A DNA stretch of 64,000 bases from Candidatus Undinarchaeota archaeon. Its GTDB lineage: Archaea; SpSt-1190; JASMDC01. The position numbers and the translations under genes are program-made. This document shows, piece by piece, positions 20,393-30,208 of this stretch. The notes under the pieces were generated by a model. It was not told the DNA's origin and did no database searches. It saw only the letters and a program-made list of their open reading frames with translations. The stretch covers positions 52,153 to 116,152 of the forward strand of contig CAZFHY010000013.1 of NCBI GenBank assembly GCA_964519305.1, read 5' to 3'. Position 1 is the first letter of the stretch. Every line of letters begins with the position of its first letter.

Positions 20393-22242
20393 CGAAGCTC
20401 GCTAACGTCAAGGATCTAGAGGCGCTTAGTAAAGAGGTCGCTGCCACAAAGGACCCGAAGAAGCGCAGCATCATCGTATCAGGCGGTACCTGCGGTCGCG
20501 CCTTCGGTGGGGACGAACTGGTCGCCTCCGTAAAGAAGGAGCTCGAAGCACAGGGCCTTAAGGACAAGATCGACCTCAGGGTCACCGGTTGCCTTGGTTT
20601 CTGTGAGAGAGAGCCCATCATGCTGATCCTCCCTGAGAGGATATTCTACCCCCAGCCTGCCCCGAAGGACGTGGCCGAGATCATCACCGAGACCGTGGTC
20701 AACGGGAAGGTGATCGACCGGCTCCTGTTCACCGATCCCGCCACTGGCGAGAAGGTCGTGCAGGCACCGGAGGTACCCTTCTACAAGAAGCAGGAAAAGA
20801 ACGTCTTCGGCAGGAACGATAAGATCGATCCCACGAGCATCACCGACTACATCGGTATCGGAGGGTACGGCTCCCTGGCCAAGGCCCTCTCGTCCATGAA
20901 ACCCGAACAGGTCATCGGCACTATCAAGAAGTCGGGCCTGCGCGGGAGGGGTGGTGCTGGTTTCCCCACAGGGAAGAAGTGGGAGTTCTGTCGGAACGCA
21001 CCCGGTGATTACAAGTACATCATCTGCAACGCCGACGAGGGAGATCCCGGTGCCTTCATGGACCGGAGCATCCTGGAAGGTAATCCGAACAGTGTCCTTG
21101 AGGGGATGCTCATCGGAGCGTTCGCCATCGGTGCCAACAAGGGCATCATCTATGTGCGGGACGAGTACCCGCTGGCCGTCGAGCGACTCGAGAACGCTAT
21201 CAAGCAGGCGAAGGAGCTCGGGCTCATGGGCAAGAACATCCTCGGCTCCGGGTTCGATTTCGAGATCGAGATCCACCGCGGTGCCGGTGCCTTCGTTTGC
21301 GGCGAGGAGACATCTCTCATCGCCTCCCTTGAGAACCGTGCGGGCGAGCCGCGCCAGCGGCCCCCCTTCCCCGTTACCAAGGGTCTGTGGGGCAAGCCCA
21401 CCAACATCAACAACGTGAAGACCTGGGCCAATGTCCCCCTTATCATAGACAAGGGTGCCGACTGGTTCGCCGGTATCGGTACAGAGGGGAGCAAAGGAAC
21501 CATGATCTTCTCCCTGGTAGGCAAGGTCAACAACACGGGATTGGTCGAGGTCCCCATGGGGATCACTCTCCGGGAGATGGTCTACGACCTCGGTGGCGGT
21601 ATCAAGGACGGTAAGGCGTTCAAGGCCGTACAGATCGGCGGGCCTTCAGGTGGCTGTATCCCAGCGGACCTGCTCGACCTACCGATCGACTACGAGCGCC
21701 TCACAGAGGCCGGCGCCATGATGGGCTCCGGCGGTATGATCGTCATGGACGAGACCACCTGTATGGTGGACGTGGCCAAGTACTTCCTCAACTTCCTCAA
21801 GGGGGAGTCGTGCGGTAAGTGCACGCCGTGCAGGGAGGGGGTCATGCAGATGCACAAGATCATCAGTGACATCTGCGACGGCAATGGGAGCATGGAGGAC
21901 CTCAAGCTCCTCGAAGAGCTCGCTGCCTTCATCAAGGACGCGTCGCTCTGTGCTCTAGGGAGGACCGCGCCGAATCCGGTCCTGACCACGACCCGGTTCT
22001 TCATGGATGAGTACAAGGCCCACATCGAGAACAAGAAGTGCCCCGCGGGCGTGTGCAAGGCGCTGATCAGCTACAATATCAATGCCGAAGCGTGCACGGG
22101 TTGTACCCTGTGCGCGACACAGTGCCCACAAGAGGCCATCACTGGCGATAAGAAAGCAGCGCATACCATCGATTCGAAGAAGTGCATCAAGTGCGGCATC
22201 TGCAAGGATGTGTGCAACTTCGGTGCGGTGAGGGTCGACTAG
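20389..22242 (+). CDS. NuoF/HydB-like FMN/NADH subunit
   Basis: [52 protein letters not shown]-terminal 2x[4Fe-4S]. Confidence 0.93.
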   Translation: MTKLANVKDLEALSKEVAATKDPKKRSIIVSGGTCGRAFGGDELVASVKKELEAQGLKDKIDLRVTGCLGFCEREPIMLILPERIFYPQPAPKDVAEIITETVVNGKVIDRLLFTDPATGEKVVQAPEVPFYKKQEKNVFGRNDKIDPTSITDYIGIGGYGSLAKALSSMKPEQVIGTIKKSGLRGRGGAGFPTGKKWEFCRNAPGDYKYIICNADEGDPGAFMDRSILEGNPNSVLEGMLIGAFAIGANKGIIYVRDEYPLAVERLENAIKQAKELGLMGKNILGSGFDFEIEIHRGAGAFVCGEETSLIASLENRAGEPRQRPPFPVTKGLWGKPTNINNVKTWANVPLIIDKGADWFAGIGTEGSKGTMIFSLVGKVNNTGLVEVPMGITLREMVYDLGGGIKDGKAFKAVQIGGPSGGCIPADLLDLPIDYERLTEAGAMMGSGGMIVMDETTCMVDVAKYFLNFLKGESCGKCTPCREGVMQMHKIISDICDGNGSMEDLKLLEELAAFIKDASLCALGRTAPNPVLTTTRFFMDEYKAHIENKKCPAGVCKALISYNINAEACTGCTLCATQCPQEAITGDKKAAHTIDSKKCIKCGICKDVCNFGAVRVD

Positions 22243-22245
22243 GAG

Positions 22246-24021
22246 GTGATGATGATGGTAACATTCACTATTGACGGAGAAAAGGTCGAAGCTGACGAAG
22301 GTATGACGGTGCTAGAGTTCGCCCAGAAGCAGGGTATCGAGATTCCGACCCTGTGCTACCACAAGGCGCTCGAGCCCTACGGTGGTTGCCGGTTGTGCCT
22401 CGTGGAGGTCACCGATAACGGACGGACGAGCCTCATGGCCTCGTGCAGCTACCTGATCAAGGACGGTATCGAGATCAAGACCGCATCCGACCGGGTCATC
22501 ACGACCCGCAAGATGGTCATGGAGCTGTTGCTGGCGCGCTGTCCGAACTCGGACGATGTCAAGGCCCTGGCCAAGGAGATGGGCGTCGACGGGACGCGGT
22601 TCGCTATCAACGAGAACAAGGACGAGAAGTGCGTCCTGTGCGGCCTGTGCGTGCGCATCTGCAAGGACGTGATGGGGCTCGGCGTGACGGGCTTCGTGAA
22701 CCGCGGATACAAGCGTGATAAGACCACACCTTTCGGCGAGCTATCCAAGCTCTGCATGACCTGCGGCGCGTGCACCTTCGTGTGCCCGACGGACGCCTTC
22801 GGATTGGACGAGATCACATCGACCGCGCCCAAGCCGATCAAGTTCGAGTTCGAGGAGGGGCTGGTCAACCGACCTGCGGTGTACATCCCCTTCCCCCAGG
22901 CCGTCCCCAAGATCCCCGTGATCGACAAGGAGCGCTGTGCGTACTACACCACCGGGCAGTGCAAGGCCTGCGAGAAGTTCTGCGAGCAGGATGCGATCGT
23001 GTACGACCAGGAGGACGAGGTCGTCGACCGGGACGTGGGCGCCATCGTGGTGGCCACCGGGTTTGACATGTTCGATCCCGCGAAGACGCCCCAGTACGGC
23101 TACGGGACGTCCGCCCGCATCATCACTGGCCTGGAGTTCGAGCGTTACACCAACGCCTCGGGCCCCACCGGCGGTAAGATCAAGATCGATGGTAAGGAAC
23201 CGAAGAAGGTCGCCTTCATCTCGTGCGTCGGCTCGCGCGACAGAGAAGGCCATGAGTACTGTTCCAGGATCTGCTGCATGTACACGGCAAAACATGCGCA
23301 CATGGTCAGGGACAAGCTCCCCGGCTCCGAGGTCACGGTGTACTTCACCGATATGCGCGCCTTTGGAAAGGGCTTTGAGGAGTTCTATAACAGGGTCAAG
23401 GAAGAGGGCGTCGAGTACCGACGACGGGAGCTCGAGGAAGACATCCAGATCATCCCGAAGGGCAACGGCGTCGTTGTCAAGTCTGCCGGTCACCCGGACC
23501 TCGATGTGGACCTTGTTGTGCTCGCGACGGCAGTGGAACCTCGAGGGGACACGGGTGCCGTCCGAAGCCTCCTGAAGGTATCCTCCAGCATGGACGGATT
23601 CCTCCTGGAAGCCCACCCCAAGCTGCGACCCATCGACACCCACACTGACGGCATATTCCTGGCCGGTTGCTGCCAGGCACCAAGGGACGTCCCCGACACC
23701 GTGGCCCAGGCGAGCGGTGCGGCCTCGAGGGTCACATCGCTGCTGTCGAGGGAGAACCTCTCCATCGACGCCATCGTGTCGTTCGTCAATGAGAAGCAGT
23801 GCCGCGGATGCGGATTCTGCGTCGAGGTGTGCCCTTACGGGGCCATCGAGCTCGTGACCAAGGACCTGGCCGGGCGCGAGGTCATGATCGCCTCGGTGAA
23901 CGAGGCGCTGTGCAAGGGCTGTGGCTCATGCGCGGCCGCCTGTCTGTCCGGTGCGATGCAACAGAAGGGCTTCACGGACGAGCAGCTGCTTGATGCTCTT
24001 GACGGACTGGTGGGGGGGTGA
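22246..24021 (+). CDS. Fusion: NuoG/HydA N-terminal Fe-S domain + C-terminal half of HdrA
   Basis: IPTLC..GGCRLCLVE, CVLCGLCVRIC, CMTCGACTFVCP, then [39 protein letters not shown]. Confidence 0.9.
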   Translation: MMMMVTFTIDGEKVEADEGMTVLEFAQKQGIEIPTLCYHKALEPYGGCRLCLVEVTDNGRTSLMASCSYLIKDGIEIKTASDRVITTRKMVMELLLARCPNSDDVKALAKEMGVDGTRFAINENKDEKCVLCGLCVRICKDVMGLGVTGFVNRGYKRDKTTPFGELSKLCMTCGACTFVCPTDAFGLDEITSTAPKPIKFEFEEGLVNRPAVYIPFPQAVPKIPVIDKERCAYYTTGQCKACEKFCEQDAIVYDQEDEVVDRDVGAIVVATGFDMFDPAKTPQYGYGTSARIITGLEFERYTNASGPTGGKIKIDGKEPKKVAFISCVGSRDREGHEYCSRICCMYTAKHAHMVRDKLPGSEVTVYFTDMRAFGKGFEEFYNRVKEEGVEYRRRELEEDIQIIPKGNGVVVKSAGHPDLDVDLVVLATAVEPRGDTGAVRSLLKVSSSMDGFLLEAHPKLRPIDTHTDGIFLAGCCQAPRDVPDTVAQASGAASRVTSLLSRENLSIDAIVSFVNEKQCRGCGFCVEVCPYGAIELVTKDLAGREVMIASVNEALCKGCGSCAAACLSGAMQQKGFTDEQLLDALDGLVGG

Positions 24022-24026
24022 GGACC

Positions 24027-24452
24027 ATGGCAGATGATACTTTCGAACCGAACATCGTAGCGTTCCTGTGCAACTGGTGCTCGTATACGGGTGCCGACCT
24101 AGCGGGGACCAGCAGGATCCAGTACCCGCCCAACGTGAAGGTCGTGCGGGTCATGTGCAGCGGCCGGGTGAATCCCATGCTCGTCGTCCACGCTCTTCAG
24201 CAGGGTGCGGACGGTGTGCTCATATCAGGATGTCACCCCGGCGACTGCCACTACACACAGGGCAACTACTTCGCCCGCAGGAGGATGAAGCTCATGACGA
24301 GCCTTCTGGAGTACGTGGGCATCGATCCCAAGCGGGTTCAGATGTCCTGGGTCTCCGCTTCCGAGGGGCAGAAGTTCGCTGACGTGATCACAAAGGTCAC
24401 CGAGGACGTGCGGACGCTCGGACCGAACACCGAGTTCCCGAGGGAGGTGTGA
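24027..24452 (+). CDS. MvhD/FlxD [2Fe-2S] adaptor
   Basis: FLCNWCSY.GAD, VMCSGRV, GCHPGDCHY. Confidence 0.92.
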   Translation: MADDTFEPNIVAFLCNWCSYTGADLAGTSRIQYPPNVKVVRVMCSGRVNPMLVVHALQQGADGVLISGCHPGDCHYTQGNYFARRRMKLMTSLLEYVGIDPKRVQMSWVSASEGQKFADVITKVTEDVRTLGPNTEFPREV

Positions 24453-25399
24453 AGATGGACGAGGAAAAGATGCGTTCGACCGCCCGCGATCTACTGAGCA
24501 AGGGAGAGGTCAAGTACGTTATCGGATACGAACAGGCCGGCTTTGGACAAAAGGTGCGGCCCTGCATCATCACGAAACCCGAGGAGACCGACAAGCTAGT
24601 GCTCTCGCCCATGTGCAAGAACAACCTCGCTGTCTATCTCACGCTCGAGCCGCCCGAAGAGAAGGGTAAGATCGCCGTTATCGCTAAGGGTTGCGATGCC
24701 CGCGCACTGGTCCAGCTCATCCAGGAGCGGGGCTTCGAGCGAGATAACCTGGTCATACTGGGCGTTCCCTGCCCGGGCATGATCGATCCGGACAAGCTCT
24801 ATGAAGAGGTCCTCGAGGAGGACATCGTCGGGATCTCCGAGTCAAGCGACACGTTCATCATAAGTACGAAGGGCGGCGAGCGCACCTTCAAGAAGGCGGA
24901 CGTGATCTTCGATGAGTGCGGTCACTGTGCTCATCCCACTCCGCTCATCGCCGATAAAATGCTCGGCGAGGTCATCGAAAGTGGTGCCTTGGAGCTGACC
25001 GATCCTACAAAGGACATGTCGCCTGGAGAGCGATGGGCCTACTGGTCGGAAAAGTTCGAGACGTGCATCCGGTGCTATGCCTGCAGGCAGGCATGCCCGC
25101 TCTGCTTCTGTGAGGAGTGCGCCGCCGACTCGCTCCGACCCAACTGGGTCCGACGGTCAGTGAACCGCTCAGAGAATGCGGCATGGCATTTCATGCGCGC
25201 CTTCCATCATGCAGGGCGGTGCTCGGAGTGTGGCGAGTGCGAGCGTGTGTGTCCTGTTGGGCTCCCTCTCATGGTCCTCAACAAGATGCTCGCTCAAGAG
25301 GCCAAGGATGTCTTCGACTACACGGCCGGTACTGACGCTGATGGAAAGCCGCTCTTGACATCATTCGAGACCGATGACAAGGAGGACTTTATCCTGTAG
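24449..25399 (+). CDS. FlxC-like 4Fe-4S protein (FrhB/FdhB-related)
   Basis: KGCD, CIRCYACRQACPLCFC..C, AGRCSECGECERVCP. Confidence 0.8.
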   Translation: MKMDEEKMRSTARDLLSKGEVKYVIGYEQAGFGQKVRPCIITKPEETDKLVLSPMCKNNLAVYLTLEPPEEKGKIAVIAKGCDARALVQLIQERGFERDNLVILGVPCPGMIDPDKLYEEVLEEDIVGISESSDTFIISTKGGERTFKKADVIFDECGHCAHPTPLIADKMLGEVIESGALELTDPTKDMSPGERWAYWSEKFETCIRCYACRQACPLCFCEECAADSLRPNWVRRSVNRSENAAWHFMRAFHHAGRCSECGECERVCPVGLPLMVLNKMLAQEAKDVFDYTAGTDADGKPLLTSFETDDKEDFIL

Positions 25400-26407
25400 G
25401 TGATCATCATGGACGCGATACTCAATAAGGACAATCTCGACGAGCTCATCACCAAGCTGGGGTACGAGGTGCTCGCACCCGTCAAGAAGGACAAGACCGT
25501 GTCCTTCGAGACGGTCAAGAAAGCCTCGGACATCGCCTGGGGGTCCGCGAACACCGCGGTGCCCCCCAAGCGACTGTTCTTCCCTCAGACCGAAGAGCTT
25601 TTCACCTACGATGGCGATGAGATCACCGACCGGGCGCCCAAGCCGGAGAAGCGGCTCGTGCTCGGTATCCGGCCCTGCGACGCCCGCAGCTTCGCCATCC
25701 TGGACCCGCTCTTCACCAAGGACTTCAACGATCCCTACTACAAGAACAGGAGGGACAACACGGTGCTCGTGGGCCTTGCATGCACGGCCCCCGGAAGGAA
25801 CTGTTTCTGCACTTCGCTAGGAGCGGGACCATTCGACACCAAGGGTCTTGACCTGCTCCTGGTGGACCTCGGGGACAAGTTCCTCGTTCGCTCCGCTTCC
25901 GAGAAGGGTGAGAAGTTCCTTGCAGAGAACAAGAGCCTCTTCGGTGAGGCCGGCAACGATGCCGCGGCCGCCGATGAGCTCAAGGCGAAGGCCGAAGGTA
26001 TGATGCACCGCACGATCGATGTCTCCACGCTTCCCACGAAGCTGAAGACGCTGTTCGACGACCCGATCTGGGACGACCTTGCACAGACATGTGTTGGTTG
26101 TTATGCGTGCACCTACCTCTGCCCCACCTGCCACTGCTTCGATATCCAGGACGAGGTCCGGGGCAAGAAGGGACGACGTATCCGTATCTGGGACAGCTGT
26201 GTCAATCCCGAGTACACCCTTCACGCCTCAGGGTACAACCCCCGACCCGGACGGACGAACCGGATGAGGAACCGGATCCTGCACAAGTACCAGTACTACC
26301 CGGAGAACTTCGACGTTATCGCATGTGTGGGTTGTGGACGATGTATCGACCACTGCCCGGTGAGCAATGACCTAGTTGAGTTCCTGGGAAAGATAGGAGG
26401 GAAGTGA
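25400..26407 (+). CDS. FlxB/AsrA-like 4Fe-4S protein
   Basis: GIRPCD, CFC, CVGCYACTYLCPTCHC, WDSC, CVGCGRCIDHCP. Confidence 0.85.
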   Translation: MIIMDAILNKDNLDELITKLGYEVLAPVKKDKTVSFETVKKASDIAWGSANTAVPPKRLFFPQTEELFTYDGDEITDRAPKPEKRLVLGIRPCDARSFAILDPLFTKDFNDPYYKNRRDNTVLVGLACTAPGRNCFCTSLGAGPFDTKGLDLLLVDLGDKFLVRSASEKGEKFLAENKSLFGEAGNDAAAADELKAKAEGMMHRTIDVSTLPTKLKTLFDDPIWDDLAQTCVGCYACTYLCPTCHCFDIQDEVRGKKGRRIRIWDSCVNPEYTLHASGYNPRPGRTNRMRNRILHKYQYYPENFDVIACVGCGRCIDHCPVSNDLVEFLGKIGGK

Positions 26408-26408
26408 A

Positions 26409-27245
26409 ATGGAGAATCCCTACGTACCCATCTCCTCCACAATCGTGAACCTGAAGGAGGAGGTCAAGGGCGAGCGCGCCATTACGACATTCAGGACAGA
26501 GTTCAAGGACAAGAAGCTTGCAGAAAGCTTCGACTTCATACCTGGCCAGTGCGCCATGGTCACCCTTCTGGGGAAAGGGGAGTGCTTCTTTGCCATCTCC
26601 TCCTCACCCACAAAGAAGGGGTACCTGGAGTTCAGCGTCATGAAGCTGGGCAAGGTGACCGACGCCCTCCACGAACTGGAGATCGACGATGTCCTTGGCG
26701 TCCGCGGGCCCTACGGGAACGGCTTCCCTGTTGACGAGTGGAAGGGCAAGAACATCCTCTGCATCGGGGGAGGTATCGGCCAGGCGCCACTGAGGTCGCT
26801 CATCCAGTATGTGATGGACAACCGGAAGGATTTCGGGAAGCTGGACGTGATCTACGGAGCACGTTCTACTGCCGACCTGTGCTACATGGACGAGTTCGAG
26901 GAGATGGAGGCACGCGATGATGTCGACGTCCATCTCTCCATCGACAAGGCCGAGGATGGCTGGAAGCGGTTCGTCGGGTTCGTCCCCGACAACCTCAAGC
27001 GCCTCGCGCCCTCGCCGAAGGACACAATCGCCATCACCTGCGGGCCACCGATTATGATCAAGTTCGTGATCCAGGCCTTGGAAGGGCTCGGGTTCACCCC
27101 CGACCAGATATTCACGACCCTTGAGATGCGCATGAAGTGCGGTATCGGCAAGTGCGGCCGGTGCAACATCGGCAGCCTCTATGTATGCAAGGACGGTCCC
27201 GTGTTCTCATGGGAGGTCCTCAAGGACGTCAAGGGGGAGATGTGA
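26409..27245 (+). CDS. FlxA/AsrB-like FAD/NAD(H) oxidoreductase
   Basis: PGQ, RGPYGNGF, GGGIG.AP, CGPPIM, MKCGIGKCGRC..VCKDGPVF. Confidence 0.88.
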   Translation: MENPYVPISSTIVNLKEEVKGERAITTFRTEFKDKKLAESFDFIPGQCAMVTLLGKGECFFAISSSPTKKGYLEFSVMKLGKVTDALHELEIDDVLGVRGPYGNGFPVDEWKGKNILCIGGGIGQAPLRSLIQYVMDNRKDFGKLDVIYGARSTADLCYMDEFEEMEARDDVDVHLSIDKAEDGWKRFVGFVPDNLKRLAPSPKDTIAITCGPPIMIKFVIQALEGLGFTPDQIFTTLEMRMKCGIGKCGRCNIGSLYVCKDGPVFSWEVLKDVKGEM

Positions 27246-27250
27246 TCACA

Positions 27251-27673
27251 ATGGCTAACGATTCATTCGAACCGGAGATCGTCGGGATCCTGTGCAACTG
27301 GTGCACCTACGCGGGGGCTGACCTCGCCGGGACCAGCAGGTTGGAGTACCCGCCGAACATCAAGTCCATCCGTGTGATGTGCACCGGCAGGGTCGATCCC
27401 ATGTTCGTGGTCAAGTCGCTGAAGGAGGGCGCCGACGGCGTGTTCATCAGCGGGTGCCACCTGGGCGACTGTCATTACCAGTCGGGCAACTACAAGTCGG
27501 TGAGGAGGATCGTTCTCCTCACTAGGATGCTGGAAGAAATGGGCATCAGTGCCGACCGCGTTGCCTTCGAGCACATCTCGGCGTCTGAGGGACAGAAGTT
27601 CGCCGACAGGGTTACCGAGTTCACCAACAGGCTCAAGGAGCTTGGTCCCAATCCCCTTAAGGAGGTCGAGTAA
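27251..27673 (+). CDS. mvhD: F420-non-reducing hydrogenase subunit D
   Basis: LCNWCTYAGAD, MCTGRVD, GCHLGDCHY. Confidence 0.9.
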   Translation: MANDSFEPEIVGILCNWCTYAGADLAGTSRLEYPPNIKSIRVMCTGRVDPMFVVKSLKEGADGVFISGCHLGDCHYQSGNYKSVRRIVLLTRMLEEMGISADRVAFEHISASEGQKFADRVTEFTNRLKELGPNPLKEVE

Positions 27674-27674
27674 G

Positions 27675-28688
27675 ATGGCCGAGAAGCTTAAAGTTGCATT
27701 TCACTGGCTCGCGTCCTGCGGTGGCTGCGAGGTCGCCGTGGTGGACCTGGACGAGAAGATCCTGGACGTTATCAAGGTCCTGGACATCCTGTTCTGGCCC
27801 GTGGCCCTGGACGGTAAGTACGAGGACATCAAGGCGATGCCCGACAAGTACCTGGACATCGCCATCATCAACGGCGCCGTCCGCACTACCGAGCAGGAAG
27901 AGCACGCCAAGCTCTTCCGCGCCAAGGCCAAGGTAGTCGTGTCCTTTGGTTCCTGTGCGTGTTTCGGCGGCGTACCCGCCCTGGCCAACCTGACCACAAA
28001 GGAGAAGATCCTGCAGACCGCGTACGAGACCACCGTGTCCACTGACAACCCCAAGAAAACACGCCCCCAGCTGGAGACGAAGATGAACGGCCGTACGCTG
28101 GAGCTGCCGGACCTGTACGAGTCGGTGAAGGCACTGCACCAGGTCATCGACGTGGACTACTTCCTGCCCGGCTGCCCGCCCATGGTGCCTCTCATCGAGA
28201 AGCTCGTGGCCGTGGCCGCTAACTTCGCCGAGACCGGCGAGCTCCCGCCCAAGGGAGCGGTAATCGCTGGCGAGAAGACCCTGTGCGACGAGTGTCCGCT
28301 GGAGCGTAAGGAGAAGATGGTCGCCGGTATCGAGCGCCCTCATACCTTCGCGCCGCCCGATCCCGAGCGGTGCCTGCTGGAGCAGGGTCTCATCTGTATG
28401 GGGCCCGCCACACGCGACGGTTGTGACAGCCAGTGCATCAAGGCGAACATGCCCTGCCGGGGCTGCATGGGCCCCCCGCCGAAGGTGGATGACCAGGGCC
28501 TTAAGATGCTCTCCGCGCTTGCGTCCATCATGGGTGTCGAGAACGAGACTGAGATGTCCCGCCAGGACCTCGAGGAGTTCATGAAGACGGTGCCCGATCC
28601 TTGGGGTACATTCTACCGCTTCGGTATGTCCACAGCGACGCTCAACAAGTCACTTGAGGGCGAGAAGCGAGAAACGGAGGAGAAATAA
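27675..28688 (+). CDS. mvhG: Group 3c [NiFe]-hydrogenase small subunit
   Basis: SCGGCE, GSCACFGG, PGCPP, CDEC, CLLEQG.ICMGP..C..C..CRGC. Confidence 0.92.
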   Translation: MAEKLKVAFHWLASCGGCEVAVVDLDEKILDVIKVLDILFWPVALDGKYEDIKAMPDKYLDIAIINGAVRTTEQEEHAKLFRAKAKVVVSFGSCACFGGVPALANLTTKEKILQTAYETTVSTDNPKKTRPQLETKMNGRTLELPDLYESVKALHQVIDVDYFLPGCPPMVPLIEKLVAVAANFAETGELPPKGAVIAGEKTLCDECPLERKEKMVAGIERPHTFAPPDPERCLLEQGLICMGPATRDGCDSQCIKANMPCRGCMGPPPKVDDQGLKMLSALASIMGVENETEMSRQDLEEFMKTVPDPWGTFYRFGMSTATLNKSLEGEKRETEEK

Positions 28689-30182
28689 ATGGCAGACGAC
28701 CTTTCAGAGAAGGCGAAGAAGGAGCGCCGGTTGACAATAGACCCGATTACGCGCCTTGAGGGGCACGGCAAGATCGAAATCTTCCTTGACGATAAAGGCG
28801 ATGTCGAGAACGCGGTCCTACAGGTGCCCGAGCTCAGGGGTTTCGAGCAGTTCGCTGTTGGACGTCCCGGTGAGGAGATGCCCCGCATCACGCCACGTAT
28901 CTGTGGCGTGTGCCCCATCGCGCACCACTTCGCCTCCACAAAGGCGCTGGACGCATGCTACAACGTGAAGCCCACTTCGGCTGCATTGAAGCTGCGAGAG
29001 CTTATGTACTCCGGGGCCTACCTCTACGACCACACCCTGCACTTCTATTTCCTTGGGGGGCCCGACTTCGTCGTCGGCCCCACTGCCCCGAAGATGGAGC
29101 GCAACATCCTAGGTGTCATCGGCAAGGTCGGCCTGGACATAGCCGGCGAGGTCATCAAGCACCGTGCCTACGGCCAGAAGATACAGGCCATGCTCGGTGG
29201 TAAGGCCACTCACCCCGTGTGTGGTCTACCTGGCGGCGTGTCCAAGGGCCTGAACGAGGAAGAGGTCGAAGAGATTAAGCAGATGGCCGATTCCTCCGTT
29301 GAGTTCGCCAAGTTCAGCCTACAGATCTTCAACGACGTCGTGCTGAAGAACAAAACCTATGTGGACATCATCCTGGGGGACACCTACACGTTCCCGACCT
29401 ACTACATGGGTCTGGTGGACGAGAACAACAAGGTGAACTTCTACGACGGAAAGGTCCGCGTGGTCGATCCCGAGGGCAAGGAGTACGTCAAGTTCGAGGA
29501 AAAGGACTATCTCGACCATGTGGCCGAGCACGTCGAGCCGTGGTCGTACTGCAAGATGCCCTTCCTCAAGAACATAGGCTGGAAGGGGCTCACTACAGGC
29601 AAGGACTCGGGCATCTACCGCGTAGCGCCGCTGGCGCGGCTCAACGCCGCTGACGGCATGGCCACACCGCTGGCTCAGGAGGCCTACGACCAGATGTACG
29701 AGATCCTTGGTGGCAAGCCGGTGCACTCCACTCTGGCATTCCACTGGGCACGGCTCATCGAGCTGCTGTACGCCTGTGAACGACTCCAGGAGCTGGCGAA
29801 CGATCCGGAAATCCTCTCGGACGACATCCGTGCCGAACCGGGAGAGCCCGGAGAGGGCGTCGGTGTGATCGAAGCCTGTCGCGGTACGCTGTTCCACCAT
29901 TACAAGCTGGACGATAAGGGCATGATCGAGAAGGCCAACCTCATCGTGGCCACGGTGAATAACTATGCCGCGATCAACGTCACCGTCAAGCAGGCCGCGT
30001 CCTCGCTCATCCACAACTTCCAGGTGGACGAGGGCATCCTGAACATGGTGGAGATGGCCTTCCGTGCGTACGATCCGTGCTTCGGGTGCGCCACCCACAC
30101 CCTCCCGGGGCAGATGCCCATGGAGGTCAACCTCCGCACGCGCGGAGGGGACGTGTTCAAGCGGTTCAGTCGGGGGATCTAA
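28689..30182 (+). CDS. mvhA: Group 3c [NiFe]-hydrogenase large subunit
   Basis: TRLEGHG, ELRGFE, RICGVCP.AH, RAYDPCFGCATH plus C-terminal extension. Confidence 0.95.
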   Translation: MADDLSEKAKKERRLTIDPITRLEGHGKIEIFLDDKGDVENAVLQVPELRGFEQFAVGRPGEEMPRITPRICGVCPIAHHFASTKALDACYNVKPTSAALKLRELMYSGAYLYDHTLHFYFLGGPDFVVGPTAPKMERNILGVIGKVGLDIAGEVIKHRAYGQKIQAMLGGKATHPVCGLPGGVSKGLNEEEVEEIKQMADSSVEFAKFSLQIFNDVVLKNKTYVDIILGDTYTFPTYYMGLVDENNKVNFYDGKVRVVDPEGKEYVKFEEKDYLDHVAEHVEPWSYCKMPFLKNIGWKGLTTGKDSGIYRVAPLARLNAADGMATPLAQEAYDQMYEILGGKPVHSTLAFHWARLIELLYACERLQELANDPEILSDDIRAEPGEPGEGVGVIEACRGTLFHHYKLDDKGMIEKANLIVATVNNYAAINVTVKQAASSLIHNFQVDEGILNMVEMAFRAYDPCFGCATHTLPGQMPMEVNLRTRGGDVFKRFSRGI

Positions 30183-30208
30183 TCCCCCGGCCACCGCCGG
30201 CCGCACGC

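Noticed and set aside
17091-30182. Selenocysteine recoding in HdrA, MvhD or MvhA
   Set aside because: All positions that are Sec in methanococcal homologs are Cys codons; there is no in-frame TGA, and the splits in hdrA' are real domain fusions rather than read-through stops
449-30206. Long antisense or alternative-frame ORFs (e.g. 449-1417, 10973-12466, 22741-23643, 29319-30206)
   Set aside because: They are shadows of well-supported genes caused by high GC3 codon bias and carry no recognisable motifs
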